Position numbers and translations under genes: made by a program | The notes under the pieces: generated by a model | Seen by the model: only the letters and a program-made list of their open reading frames with translations | Database searches by the model: none | What the model was told of the DNA's origin: nothing | Source: a virus | Length of the DNA: 64,000 bases | Reading direction: 5' to 3' (one strand) | IMG/VR virus record: IMGVR_UViG_3300044568_004391 | Span: 64,001 to 128,000 of that record | Shown: in pieces, positions 48,007-58,099 of the stretch | Layout: the number at the start of each line of letters is the position of its first letter | Numbering within the stretch: position 1 is the stretch's first letter

Positions 48007-48936
48007 ATGAAAAAAATAATATTAGTGGGTGGTTTTGGATTTTTGGGTAAAAATCTACAGGAGGTTTTCAAAAATGATAATTATGAAGTTTTTCCTATTT
48101 CAAGAAAAAACGGATATGATTTGTTGGAAAAAAACAAAATAAAAAAATTGATTGAAGATGTTAATCCTGATTATATCATCAATTGTGCCGCATATGTCGG
48201 TAGTTTGGAGTACGTTAACAATCATGTTGCGGATGTTATCTCAAATAATATTCTGTTAGGGTTAAATTTATGGGAGATTCTCAAAGAAGTTAAATTTGAC
48301 GGAATTGTGATAAATCCTATTTCTAACTGTACATATCCTGGAAAGGCTGATTTACAAAGAGAGGAAGAATGGTGGGATGGTATGGTTCATCCGAGTATTA
48401 TATCATACGGTACTGCGAAAAAAACAATTTACATGATAAATAAATGTTATGAAAAACAATATGGTATAAAAACAATAAACATAATTATGCCAAATTCATA
48501 TGGTGAATATGATTATGAAGATGAAAATAGAGTTCATGCCTTGAATGGTATTATAATCAGAATGTTGAAGATGGTAAAAAAGGGTGAAAAACAATTTACT
48601 GTGTGGGGATCTGGTACACCGATTAGAGAATGGGGTTATATGCCAGACACCGCTAGATTTATTAAATACATAATAGATAATGATATTATTGAATTACCTA
48701 ATCCAATAAACTTAGGTCAAGGTAAAGGACATACTATAAATGAAATTACACAAATGATTAAATCATATATCGATGACGACATAATAATTTCTAATGACAT
48801 TTCTAAGATAGATGGTGATCCAATAAAGATATTAGATGGTAATCTGTTTAGAAATGAGTTCCCTGATTTTGAGTTTACAGATTTGGATGATGGAATACAA
48901 AATACTATCAAGTATTATAAAGAGATAATTTTATAA
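48007..48936 (+). CDS. GDP-L-fucose synthase-like epimerase/reductase (Fcl/ColC-like)
   Basis: GGFGFLG, CAAYVG, CTYP, YGTAK and VWGSGTPIRE motifs. Confidence 0.8.
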   Translation: MKKIILVGGFGFLGKNLQEVFKNDNYEVFPISRKNGYDLLEKNKIKKLIEDVNPDYIINCAAYVGSLEYVNNHVADVISNNILLGLNLWEILKEVKFDGIVINPISNCTYPGKADLQREEEWWDGMVHPSIISYGTAKKTIYMINKCYEKQYGIKTINIIMPNSYGEYDYEDENRVHALNGIIIRMLKMVKKGEKQFTVWGSGTPIREWGYMPDTARFIKYIIDNDIIELPNPINLGQGKGHTINEITQMIKSYIDDDIIISNDISKIDGDPIKILDGNLFRNEFPDFEFTDLDDGIQNTIKYYKEIIL

Positions 48937-49739
48937 TGAAAAAGTTTTATATAATTACTAAAGTTTATGATGGTGATGGTTTTTTTGCTAAATTCAATCA
49001 TGTTTTGATGCATTTATATAAAGGAGATGAACTTGGTTTAATACCATATGTGGATTATACCAAACCTTCAAATCTCAGAGATTACACAAATAATGAAACT
49101 AACAATGAATGGGAATATTGTTTTGAACAGAATTATACTTTTGATGAAGTTTATAATTCCGATCATACCATGTCAGATGGATTATTTCAAGGTTGGTACC
49201 CAGCTCAAGGTAAGAATTACAGAAATTCTGACTTAACAAAGAGATTGAATTACCTTTATCATAAATACATAAAAGTAAAACCTGAAATTCAAAATAAAGT
49301 AGATCAAGAAATTTTTAACTACAAAACTTTGGGTGTTCATTGTAGGAGAAGTGACATGAACAGATACCACCCCGAAATCGCATTGAATATTACAAACGAA
49401 ATTTTTTTTCAGAAAACTATGAAAATTTATGAAGAAAATAATTTTGAAAAAATATATATAGCGACTGAAGAAATTGAAATAATTAATTATTTTAAATCAA
49501 AAATACCTGAAAAAATTATCTATCAAGATTGTTTTAGAGTTAACAAAAATGAGTCTCCTGTTCATAAACAAGACGACAGACCTTTACACAGAACTCTACA
49601 ATGTCAGGAAGTTTTGATTGATGCTTTGAACCTTGCAAATTGTAATTCTTTTTTATGTGGAATTTCGGGTGTATCGAACGCAGTTGCGTATATCAATGGT
49701 TTAAAATTTGAAAATGTGTACTATTTTGATGAAATATAA
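48936..49739 (+). CDS. NodZ/GT23-like fucosyltransferase
   Basis: LGVHCRRSD, IYIATE and LIDALNLANC...SGVS motifs. Confidence 0.65.
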   Translation: MKKFYIITKVYDGDGFFAKFNHVLMHLYKGDELGLIPYVDYTKPSNLRDYTNNETNNEWEYCFEQNYTFDEVYNSDHTMSDGLFQGWYPAQGKNYRNSDLTKRLNYLYHKYIKVKPEIQNKVDQEIFNYKTLGVHCRRSDMNRYHPEIALNITNEIFFQKTMKIYEENNFEKIYIATEEIEIINYFKSKIPEKIIYQDCFRVNKNESPVHKQDDRPLHRTLQCQEVLIDALNLANCNSFLCGISGVSNAVAYINGLKFENVYYFDEI

Positions 49740-49858
49740 TTTCATTTTATGTTCGATAAAAAAACAAAATATAAAATAAATTATTAAAATTTTATTTTTA
49801 ATACTTCAAACGGTAATGTTTATAGTCTTAACAAAAAGTATCAATTGATCAGAAAAAA

Positions 49859-50464
49859 ATGAAAAATTATTCAAAAAAAGAACTCATAGATTTTGAAACA
49901 AAAATCGGAGATTTATTCAATGAAGGTAAAATTAGATCACCTATACACTTATACTACGGAAATGAAGATAAAATGATTGAAATATTTAAAAAAATTAAAG
50001 ACGAAGATTGGATTTTTTGTACATGGAGATCTCATTACCAGTGTCTTCTCAAAGGAGTTAATCCTGAATTATTAACAGAAGATATTTTGAAAGGTAAATC
50101 AATAACTTTATGTTATCCAAATTTTAAAATTTATTCTTCAGCAATTGTTGCAGGAAACATTCCAATTGCGACGGGAGTTGCTATGGATATTAAAAGAAAA
50201 AAAGAAAAAAATCATGTTTGGTGTTTTGTTGGGGATATGGCCTCAGAAACTGGTACTTTTTTCGAAAATTGGAAATATTCAGTAAATTATGATTTACCTA
50301 TAACTTTTATTATTGAAAACAACAATAAATCTGTTTGTACAGTAACAAGTGATGTTTGGAAAACTGAAGAACTTTTTTTTAAAAATGAAAAAAGGAAAAT
50401 AATCTATTACGAATATGAATCAAAATATCCACACGCTGGTTCAGGAAAAAGGATTCAATTTTGA
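49859..50464 (+). CDS. TPP-dependent enzyme, E1-alpha-like subunit (short)
   Basis: RSPIHL, WRSHY and GDMASETG..ENN TPP motif. Confidence 0.8.
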   Translation: MKNYSKKELIDFETKIGDLFNEGKIRSPIHLYYGNEDKMIEIFKKIKDEDWIFCTWRSHYQCLLKGVNPELLTEDILKGKSITLCYPNFKIYSSAIVAGNIPIATGVAMDIKRKKEKNHVWCFVGDMASETGTFFENWKYSVNYDLPITFIIENNNKSVCTVTSDVWKTEELFFKNEKRKIIYYEYESKYPHAGSGKRIQF

Positions 50465-50484
50465 AAATTAAAGAATATAATTAA

Positions 50485-51021
50485 ATGAAATATTTTGATG
50501 AATTAAAAAAATCAATGAATTGGTTGTCACAAAAAGAAGATACATTATTTTTGGGTCAAGCAATAGAATTTCCAGGTACAGCAATTACAAATACATTAAA
50601 AGATGTTGATAGATCTAAACTTTTGGAAATGCCTGTAAATGAAGACATGCAGATGGGTATGACTTTAGGTATGGCGCTAAATAAAACAGTTCCGATCTCG
50701 ATCTATCCTAGATGGAATTTTTTATTGTTATCCGCCAATCAAATAGTGAATCATGTTGATAAAATTAAAATAATGTCAAATGGTGAATACACACCAAAAA
50801 TCATAATAAGAACATCCATTGGGTCTCAGAGACCTTTACATCCCCAATATCAACATATTGGGGATTTTACCGCCGGATTCAAATCAATGTGTGATTATAT
50901 CGACATAATAAGACTTGATGAACCTAATCAGATATTTGAGTCGTACAAGTATGCATATGAAAGAAAAGATAACAGACCAACTATTTTAGTTGAGTGGGGT
51001 GATTACTATAATGAAAAATAA
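50485..51021 (+). CDS. TPP-dependent enzyme, E1-beta-like pyrimidine-binding subunit (short)
   Basis: FLGQ, EMPVNEDMQMG, NQIVN and QH motifs. Confidence 0.8.
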   Translation: MKYFDELKKSMNWLSQKEDTLFLGQAIEFPGTAITNTLKDVDRSKLLEMPVNEDMQMGMTLGMALNKTVPISIYPRWNFLLLSANQIVNHVDKIKIMSNGEYTPKIIIRTSIGSQRPLHPQYQHIGDFTAGFKSMCDYIDIIRLDEPNQIFESYKYAYERKDNRPTILVEWGDYYNEK

Positions 51022-51030
51022 AATTACAAA

Positions 51031-52038
51031 ATGATTGAAATAATAAATCGAGATATTGATAAAATCTGTAAAAAAATAGATTTCTCCCGGATTCAAAATA
51101 AAAAAATATTAGTGACAGGGGCATCAGGATTAATTGGTGTTTATTTAATTTCTTGTTTAAAAATTTTCAAAAAAAAAAATAATTTAGAAATTTACGCTTG
51201 GATTAAAAATGAAATTGACGAAAATTTTATTGAAATTTTTTCAGGTTGTAATGTAATAAGGAAGGATCTGACAGATGAAAATTCATTTTATGATCTACCC
51301 AAATTTGATATTATAATTCATTCCGCTGGTTATGGTCAACCAATTAAATTTATGGATGATAAAATCAGAACAATAAAATTAAATACAATATCGACTATAA
51401 AATTATTTGAAAATTTAAAAGATGATGGTAAATTTTTATTTGTAAGCTCAAGTGAAGTTTATAGTGGGTTGGATCGTCAAAATGTTTCAGAAACCGAAAT
51501 AGGGACAACAAATACTGACCATGCTAGATCTTGTTATATTGAAGGTAAAAGATGTGGTGAATCTATTTGTTATTCCTACTCAGAAAAAGGTTACGATGTA
51601 AAGATAATTAGATTGAGTTTAGCATATGGACCGGGTACAAAAAAAAATGATCAGAGGGTTTTAAATTCACTAATTCAAAAAGCTTTGGAAAATGATGTAA
51701 TTACATTATTAGATCACGGAACTTCAATTAGAACTTTTTTATATATTACGGATGTTATTGAAATGTTTTGGAATATAATTTTATTTGGAAAAGAAAAGAT
51801 GTATAATGTTGGTGGTGAATCTATTATGAGTATCCTGAATTTATCTAAATTAATTGGTGAAGAATTAGGTAAGAATATTAAAGTACCAGCAACAGATAAC
51901 AAACTTGTTGGTAATGCAAACTTTGTAAATATATCGATTAAAAAATACTTGAATGAGTTCGAAAAAAAGGATTTTGTTTCAATTAAAGAAGGATTGAGGA
52001 ATACAATCGAATGGCAAAAAAAATTATACGAAAAATGA
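51031..52038 (+). CDS. NAD-dependent epimerase/dehydratase (UDP-glucuronate decarboxylase-like)
   Basis: TGASGLIG, SSSEVY and RSCYIEGKR motifs. Confidence 0.8.
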   Translation: MIEIINRDIDKICKKIDFSRIQNKKILVTGASGLIGVYLISCLKIFKKKNNLEIYAWIKNEIDENFIEIFSGCNVIRKDLTDENSFYDLPKFDIIIHSAGYGQPIKFMDDKIRTIKLNTISTIKLFENLKDDGKFLFVSSSEVYSGLDRQNVSETEIGTTNTDHARSCYIEGKRCGESICYSYSEKGYDVKIIRLSLAYGPGTKKNDQRVLNSLIQKALENDVITLLDHGTSIRTFLYITDVIEMFWNIILFGKEKMYNVGGESIMSILNLSKLIGEELGKNIKVPATDNKLVGNANFVNISIKKYLNEFEKKDFVSIKEGLRNTIEWQKKLYEK

Positions 52039-53183
52039 TAAAATTAGTAAGTGATACAATAGACAGAGGTGATATAGAAAGCCTCATAGAATGGTTAAAT
52101 CAGGACCCAATCCCTAGACTTACAAAAGGTGAACTTACTTTACAATTGGAGTCTATGTGGGCAAAAAAGATTGGAACCAAATACTCTGTTTTTTTGAATT
52201 CAGGTTCCTCTGCTATTTTTCTAACTTTATTGGCATTAAAAGAAACGAATAGATTAAAAAATTTAAAAATAATCGTACCTGCTTTGAGTTGGGTTACTGA
52301 CGTTAGTTCTCCAATGATTTTGGGTTATGAAACTTTTATGTGTGATTGTAATTTGAATGACTTATCATGTGATCTGGATAAATTAGAGAATTTATTTAAA
52401 TCAAAGAACCCTTCTGTTTTCATTTTGGTCTCTCCTTTAGGTTTAGTTCCCAAAATGAAAGAAATAGTAGAGTTATGTGAAAAATATGATGTTTTATTAT
52501 TGGAAGATGTCTGTGAGAGTATGGGATCCAAATATCAAGACACTTACTTGGGTAATTTCGGATTCGCCTCATTTTTTTCAACATATTTTGGACATCATTT
52601 ATCTACGATAGAAGGTGGATTTATTAATACAAATGATGATGATTTTTATCATGCGTTGTTAATGTTAAGAAGTCACGGATGGGACCGTGATTTACCTTCG
52701 AAATTTCAGAAAAAACTTAGAAAAGAATATAATTGTGATGAATTCAACTCTCTTTACAATTTTTATTTACCTGGTATGAATTTAAGATCAACTGATTTAC
52801 AAGCTTTTTTGGGTATTCGAGCGGTAGGTAAGTTAGATAGATTTGCAGAGGAAAGGAGGAAAAACTTCTTCAAGTATAATAATCTAATTTCTAAAAACAT
52901 CCTCTCGTTGAGTGAAAGAGAGGGGGATTTTATATCCAATTTTGCAATGCCTGTACTAAATCACAACAGAAAAAAAATTGTTGATAATCTAATTAAGGAA
53001 CAAATAGAGGTTAGACCATTAATTGCCGGAAATATGGCTCACAAACCGATGTGGAAAGGTGATAGACATGATTTAGAGAATTGTGACTTAATCGATAAAT
53101 TTGGTTTTTACTTACCGAACCATCAAGATTTAACTGACGATGAAATTTATAAAATTTCAAAAATTATAAATGAAAATGGATAA
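52035..53183 (+). CDS. DegT-family protein with His at the PLP-Lys position (ColD-like 3-dehydratase)
   Basis: NSGSSA, EDVCESMG, STYFGHHLSTIEGG and LRSHGWDR motifs. Confidence 0.8.
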   Translation: MIKLVSDTIDRGDIESLIEWLNQDPIPRLTKGELTLQLESMWAKKIGTKYSVFLNSGSSAIFLTLLALKETNRLKNLKIIVPALSWVTDVSSPMILGYETFMCDCNLNDLSCDLDKLENLFKSKNPSVFILVSPLGLVPKMKEIVELCEKYDVLLLEDVCESMGSKYQDTYLGNFGFASFFSTYFGHHLSTIEGGFINTNDDDFYHALLMLRSHGWDRDLPSKFQKKLRKEYNCDEFNSLYNFYLPGMNLRSTDLQAFLGIRAVGKLDRFAEERRKNFFKYNNLISKNILSLSEREGDFISNFAMPVLNHNRKKIVDNLIKEQIEVRPLIAGNMAHKPMWKGDRHDLENCDLIDKFGFYLPNHQDLTDDEIYKISKIINENG

Positions 53184-53721
53184 TATTTTTTTTGATAAAA
53201 AAACTTTAAAATATTGTGGTGAGAATGTCATAATAGGTAAAACAGTAAGGATTAGAAAACCTGAACTGTGTGTTATTGGAGATGGAACAATTATTGATGA
53301 TTTCACTTATATTTCATGTGGAATAACTATCGGTAAATATTGTCACATCGCTTCGAATGTTACAATATCGGGGGGTGAAGGACATCTATATATGGATGAT
53401 TATTCTACAATTTCAAATCATTGTTCTATTCATTGCGCTAGTTCAGATTACAAAGAAGTATCTTTAGACTTACCTTCAGTTCCTGAAGATTTAAGATTTG
53501 GTGGAGAAGTTGGTGAAGTTAACATAGGTAAGTACGTAACAATAGGATCTCATTCTTGTATTCTACCGAATACTATTCTTCCACAAGGTTTTGCTTGTGG
53601 TGCGTTTTCATTACTCAAATCACAAGAGTATAAAGAATTTTCTTTATATGCTGGAATTCCTGCTAAATTTTTATCAAAAAGGAATAAAAATAAACTAAAT
53701 GAAATAATTAAAAAAAAATGA
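53170..53721 (+). CDS. hexapeptide-repeat acyltransferase
   Basis: IG repeats and YAGIPAK. Confidence 0.8.
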   Translation: MKMDNIFFDKKTLKYCGENVIIGKTVRIRKPELCVIGDGTIIDDFTYISCGITIGKYCHIASNVTISGGEGHLYMDDYSTISNHCSIHCASSDYKEVSLDLPSVPEDLRFGGEVGEVNIGKYVTIGSHSCILPNTILPQGFACGAFSLLKSQEYKEFSLYAGIPAKFLSKRNKNKLNEIIKKK

Positions 53722-54659
53722 AAATATTCATTACAGGTGGTGCCGGTTATATAGGTACAACTCTAATCCCCTTATTGTTGGAAAAAGAATATCAAGTAAC
53801 TGTTTATGACTCACTGATTTTCAATAACGGTGATAAAATTTTACCTTACATAACGAATGAAAATTTTACCTTTATCAAGGGTGATATAAGGGATGAAAAT
53901 CTACTCAAAGAAAGTTTGAAAGATCATGACGTTGTAATTCACTTAGCGGCTTTAGTTGGATTCCCAATTTGTAGAGAAAAAGGTGAAAAGGAATCCTTCG
54001 ATGTTAATACAAATGGAACAAAAATAATTATAAATAACTTATCCCCAAATCAATACTTACTGTATGGTTCAACTGGATCGAATTATGGTGATGTGGATGG
54101 AATATGTACTGAGGATAGCCCCCTTAACCCTCTGAGTATTTATGGTCAATCTAAAACACGGGCTGAAAATTTAGTAATGAAACGACCCAACAGTACTGCA
54201 TTTAGATTTGCAACTGCGTTCGGAGTTTCACCAAGATTGAGATTGGATCTTTTGATAAATGATCTAACTTATAAATCAATCAAAGAAGGATATGCCGTAA
54301 TTTATGAATCACACTTTTTGAGAACATTTATACACGTGAAAGATATTGCAAGAGTCTTTGTATTTGCGATTGAAAATTCAGAAAAGATGAAAGACAATAT
54401 CTATAATGTAGGATCTGAAAAAATGAATTTTTCGAAAAAAGAAATATGTGAACTTATAAAAAAAGAAATACCTAATTCTTACTTCAACTATGCCGATGTT
54501 GGAGAGGATGCTGATAAGAGAAATTATGTAGTTAGTTACGAAAAAATTAAATCGATTGGTTATGACACAACAATCGATGTTGAAACAGGAATCAGAGAAT
54601 TAATACGATCGATCCCCTTGATAAATCTTCACAATCCTTATTATAATGTTTTGAAATAA
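53718..54659 (+). CDS. NAD-dependent epimerase/dehydratase
   Basis: TGGAGYIG, HLAALVG, YGQSK and RFATAFGVSPRLRLDL motifs. Confidence 0.85.
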   Translation: MKIFITGGAGYIGTTLIPLLLEKEYQVTVYDSLIFNNGDKILPYITNENFTFIKGDIRDENLLKESLKDHDVVIHLAALVGFPICREKGEKESFDVNTNGTKIIINNLSPNQYLLYGSTGSNYGDVDGICTEDSPLNPLSIYGQSKTRAENLVMKRPNSTAFRFATAFGVSPRLRLDLLINDLTYKSIKEGYAVIYESHFLRTFIHVKDIARVFVFAIENSEKMKDNIYNVGSEKMNFSKKEICELIKKEIPNSYFNYADVGEDADKRNYVVSYEKIKSIGYDTTIDVETGIRELIRSIPLINLHNPYYNVLK

Positions 54660-54687
54660 AAAAAGGTGGTCATTTGACCACCTTTTT
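54659..54687. terminator. bidirectional intrinsic terminator
   Basis: aaaaaggtggtca-tt-tgaccaccttttt. Confidence 0.8.
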
Positions 54688-54880
54688 AATCCATCATATC
54701 GATGTGTTTCCTAATTAGTTGTTGAAAAAAATCTGAATTACTTTTCCATTCTTTCCAAACATCAAAATCTTGTAATTCCTCTAACATAGTTTGGGGAATC
54801 AGAACAAAACCTTCAGGTACAAGATGATCAAACTTCTTGTACTTATAGTTTTTGATTGATTCTTGAATATTAACGTCCAT
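54686..54880 (-). CDS. small hypothetical protein
   Basis: ORF with LQDFDVWKEWK; TATATTTG upstream at 54973-54980. Confidence 0.55.
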   Translation of the reverse strand: MDVNIQESIKNYKYKKFDHLVPEGFVLIPQTMLEELQDFDVWKEWKSNSDFFQQLIRKHIDMMD

Positions 54881-55047
54881 TTTCTTTGTAACAATAAAAC
54901 CTCAATACCATAAGCGTAACCAGTGCCGAAATGAAAATTACCAGGAATGTTGTCATGTAAGTTTATTTTCTACAAATATAATCTAAATTTATTCAGAATC
55001 CAAATATTAATCAAAGAATTAATATATTTATAACAAAAAGATTTGTC

Positions 55048-55551
55048 ATGCCAAAAGTTATAAAACTTAACGAAAATGATTTAAGAAAAATTGTTGACAG
55101 GGTTATCACCGAATCCAACAAGCACGATGTTAAATGGACCAAAAACTTCAAAAAATATTTTAAACCCAACCAATACGAGCTCGAGGATAGGGATCAAAGA
55201 GAACTTCTTGAACTTATTGATGATATCAGAAGAGAACTCGACCGTTATGAGGATGGTGTTGTAACCATTAAACTCAAGGGTGGTGAATCCAAAACTCCAA
55301 ACGTTGTTAATGTAAGAGGTGAAGATCAAGTTCACCCACCTGGTGCAATGGCAAAGAGAAGATGTCATTGGACTAAGAAGTTCCTTCAAAATCACGGAGG
55401 TGATCTTTTAAGGGGTGTTAATTATGTAACGGACAAGCCTTTTATCAACGGCCCCGATCATGATCCATCTAAGAGAATTAATTCTCCCGAATATTTGGAC
55501 AATCAGTTTGTCGATCTTCTTGTTACCGTCAACGGTAATGTGAGAAGATAA
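55048..55551 (+). CDS. leader-bearing hypothetical protein (weak OmpA-C-like pattern)
   Basis: MPKVIKLNENDLRKIVDRVITE; TATTTAT at 55025. Confidence 0.7.
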   Translation: MPKVIKLNENDLRKIVDRVITESNKHDVKWTKNFKKYFKPNQYELEDRDQRELLELIDDIRRELDRYEDGVVTIKLKGGESKTPNVVNVRGEDQVHPPGAMAKRRCHWTKKFLQNHGGDLLRGVNYVTDKPFINGPDHDPSKRINSPEYLDNQFVDLLVTVNGNVRR

Positions 55552-55615
55552 ATTCTTAAATATTTTTGTCCTTTACTTTTTTTTCGTATATTTGTGATTA
55601 TAGACAATCACAAGT

Positions 55616-57724
55616 ATGAAAAAAATATTTCTTGTATTTTTCTCTTTTATTTCTTTTATTGGTTTTTCGCAGTCAGATCAGTGTGGATTCGATCACATTA
55701 AGATGATGGGTATGTTTGATATTACCGAAAATCACGAAATAACGTATATTGGTAATAGAGATGAAGTTCACACAATTCCTGTTGTTTTTCACGTAATTCA
55801 TTTGGGTGAAGATGAAGGTGTTGGTACAAATATTTCAGATGAACAGATTTTAGATGGATTGAGAATTATCAACGAAGACCTAAGAAAAATTCCAAATTCA
55901 TGGGGTGATGGAATAGGTGTTGATGTTGAAATGGAACTTTGTTTGGCGTCGAGAGACCCTTTGGGAAATCCAACAAATGGAATTACAAGACATGATGGTA
56001 ATATATGGGTGGATTATTCTACAAATGGTATTTCATTCACACCAAACCAAGTAGGTGAACCTGAATTGAATATTAAAAATGCTACAACATGGGATAGAAC
56101 CAAATACCTGAATGTGTGGTTAGTTTCTGAAATTCAAGGAAATGACGGACTGTGGGGTACACAGGGATATGCTTACTATCCAATCCCCAACAATCGTGAC
56201 GGTATTGTTTTATTACACAATGTTATTGGTTCCTTTGGAAATGTCAAACCAACACACAATAGAAGTAGGACTTTTACTCATGAGTTTGGTCATTACTTAG
56301 GTTTGTACCACACATTTGAAAGTTATGAAGATTGTAGTTCTGCGGCTTCAGAAGTGGATTGTGTAACTCAAGGAGATAGAGTTTGTGATACACCACCCAC
56401 CAAAGTGGGTTGGGGTTGTACACCGGCTTGTGTAATCACAAATTCACAATACCAAAACTATATGGATTATAGTGAACAAACTTGTAGAAACACATTTACT
56501 CAAGGACAAAAAGATAGAATGAGGGGTGGTGCAGGAATTATGAATGCTTGGAGAGTTTCTTTATTATCTAGCGATGGTTGTACACCTGTCGAAGGAACCA
56601 ATCTTTCTATTGAAAGTGGTACATATTACCAAAATTGTGGGTTTTCAGGGATCAAACCTGAAGTTAAAATTCAAAACTTGGGGTTAAATCCAATTCATCA
56701 ATTTCAAGTAAGTGCAAGAATTGTTGGTACACCTTACTTTATTGTTAAAAGTTGGACATCTGAAAATCCAATAAACTTATTTGACGTTGTCACAGTTACG
56801 TTCCCTATGGGATCTACAGATTACGGGACAGGAGAAATTATTTATCAAATTTTGGATCAAGATTCCTACATGACTGATAATACCCTTGAAATTATTTACG
56901 AATCATTACCATCGGAAGAATTAACGTTGATTTTGAATCCAGATTTTTTTGCGAACGAAACGACTTGGGAAATGGTAAATATTAATGGTGATATAATTTG
57001 GGAGGGGGGTCCATATAGTACAGGTCCCGATAATCCAATTATCCATATCGATTGTGTCTCGAATGGATGTTATGACTTTACAGTATATGATCAGTTTGGA
57101 GATGGATATGATTTCGGTGGGGATTTTGAGTTGATCAATTCATCAGGTGAAACATTAGCATACGGAGAGGATAATTTCGGTGATGAGGTGACTTTTAACT
57201 TTTGTATAGATGTGCCATTTTTGGAACCCTGTAGTGATATTGGATATAATGGAATTTGTGACGATGATGAGATCGGATTAATTTGGGGTTGTTTAGATCC
57301 GTTGGCGTGTAATTATGATTTTTATGCGAACTTATCAAACGCATCTTGTATTTTTCCGAATGGTATTTACGATTGTTTTGGGAATTGTTTGGTTGATTCA
57401 GATTACGATGGTGTTTGTGACCAATTAGAAATCTTGGGGTGTATAGATCCGATTTCCTGTAATTACGATGAAAATGCAACCGAAGAATCAGAGTGTCAAT
57501 ATCCAATCTTCGGATATTCTTGTGATGGTATACCGTTGACTTCATTGAATACTGTAACAGGTATTAGAGAACTAATTAATTCAAATATCGTTGAAAAAAT
57601 TATTCTATACGATATTCAGGGTAGAGAAATAAACCCTGATAAAATAACATCATCAGGTGTTTACCTAATTAATTTACACTTTAGGGATGGTACAATCAGA
57701 ACTCACAAAGTTCATTTGAACTAA
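55616..57724 (+). CDS. secreted multidomain M43 metalloprotease with GCxDPxAxNY repeats and T9SS type-A-like CTD
   Basis: Signal peptide; HEFGHYLGLYHTF and NYMDY; C-terminal LYDIQGREI..SGVYLI..THKV; TATATTTG at 55587. Confidence 0.85.
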   Translation: MKKIFLVFFSFISFIGFSQSDQCGFDHIKMMGMFDITENHEITYIGNRDEVHTIPVVFHVIHLGEDEGVGTNISDEQILDGLRIINEDLRKIPNSWGDGIGVDVEMELCLASRDPLGNPTNGITRHDGNIWVDYSTNGISFTPNQVGEPELNIKNATTWDRTKYLNVWLVSEIQGNDGLWGTQGYAYYPIPNNRDGIVLLHNVIGSFGNVKPTHNRSRTFTHEFGHYLGLYHTFESYEDCSSAASEVDCVTQGDRVCDTPPTKVGWGCTPACVITNSQYQNYMDYSEQTCRNTFTQGQKDRMRGGAGIMNAWRVSLLSSDGCTPVEGTNLSIESGTYYQNCGFSGIKPEVKIQNLGLNPIHQFQVSARIVGTPYFIVKSWTSENPINLFDVVTVTFPMGSTDYGTGEIIYQILDQDSYMTDNTLEIIYESLPSEELTLILNPDFFANETTWEMVNINGDIIWEGGPYSTGPDNPIIHIDCVSNGCYDFTVYDQFGDGYDFGGDFELINSSGETLAYGEDNFGDEVTFNFCIDVPFLEPCSDIGYNGICDDDEIGLIWGCLDPLACNYDFYANLSNASCIFPNGIYDCFGNCLVDSDYDGVCDQLEILGCIDPISCNYDENATEESECQYPIFGYSCDGIPLTSLNTVTGIRELINSNIVEKIILYDIQGREINPDKITSSGVYLINLHFRDGTIRTHKVHLN

Positions 57725-57746
57725 TCAGTACTTGATCGATAGAAAT

Positions 57747-57998
57747 TTAAAGAGGGGGATTCTCCTCCTCTTTTTTTCTTTCTATTATTTTAGTAAACCG
57801 TTCTGATGCAGTAAAACCTATACCTGCGGCAACCACATACATCATATCATCCCAAACATATTCGGGAAGATCAATGTCTATAAAAACATCAACCAAAAAT
57901 GCAACAGACAGGAGTAAAAATGCTCCTACTGTTACAAATCTTTTTGATGAAAACTGACCGTCTTGGTCTCTCATCATTTCTTTGAAGTATTCAATCAT
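57747..57998 (-). CDS. two-TM holin-like protein
   Basis: DGQFSSKRF followed by two TMs and a charged tail; TATTTAT at 58014-58020. Confidence 0.55.
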   Translation of the reverse strand: MIEYFKEMMRDQDGQFSSKRFVTVGAFLLLSVAFLVDVFIDIDLPEYVWDDMMYVVAAGIGFTASERFTKIIERKKEEENPPL

Positions 57999-58099
57999 TC
58001 CCTTTTTTTATTTATAAATATTTTTGATTCCGATTTAATCTTAATATGAAAAAAATATATAATCATACTTTGTCCGATATTTATATAAAAAAGGAAAAG

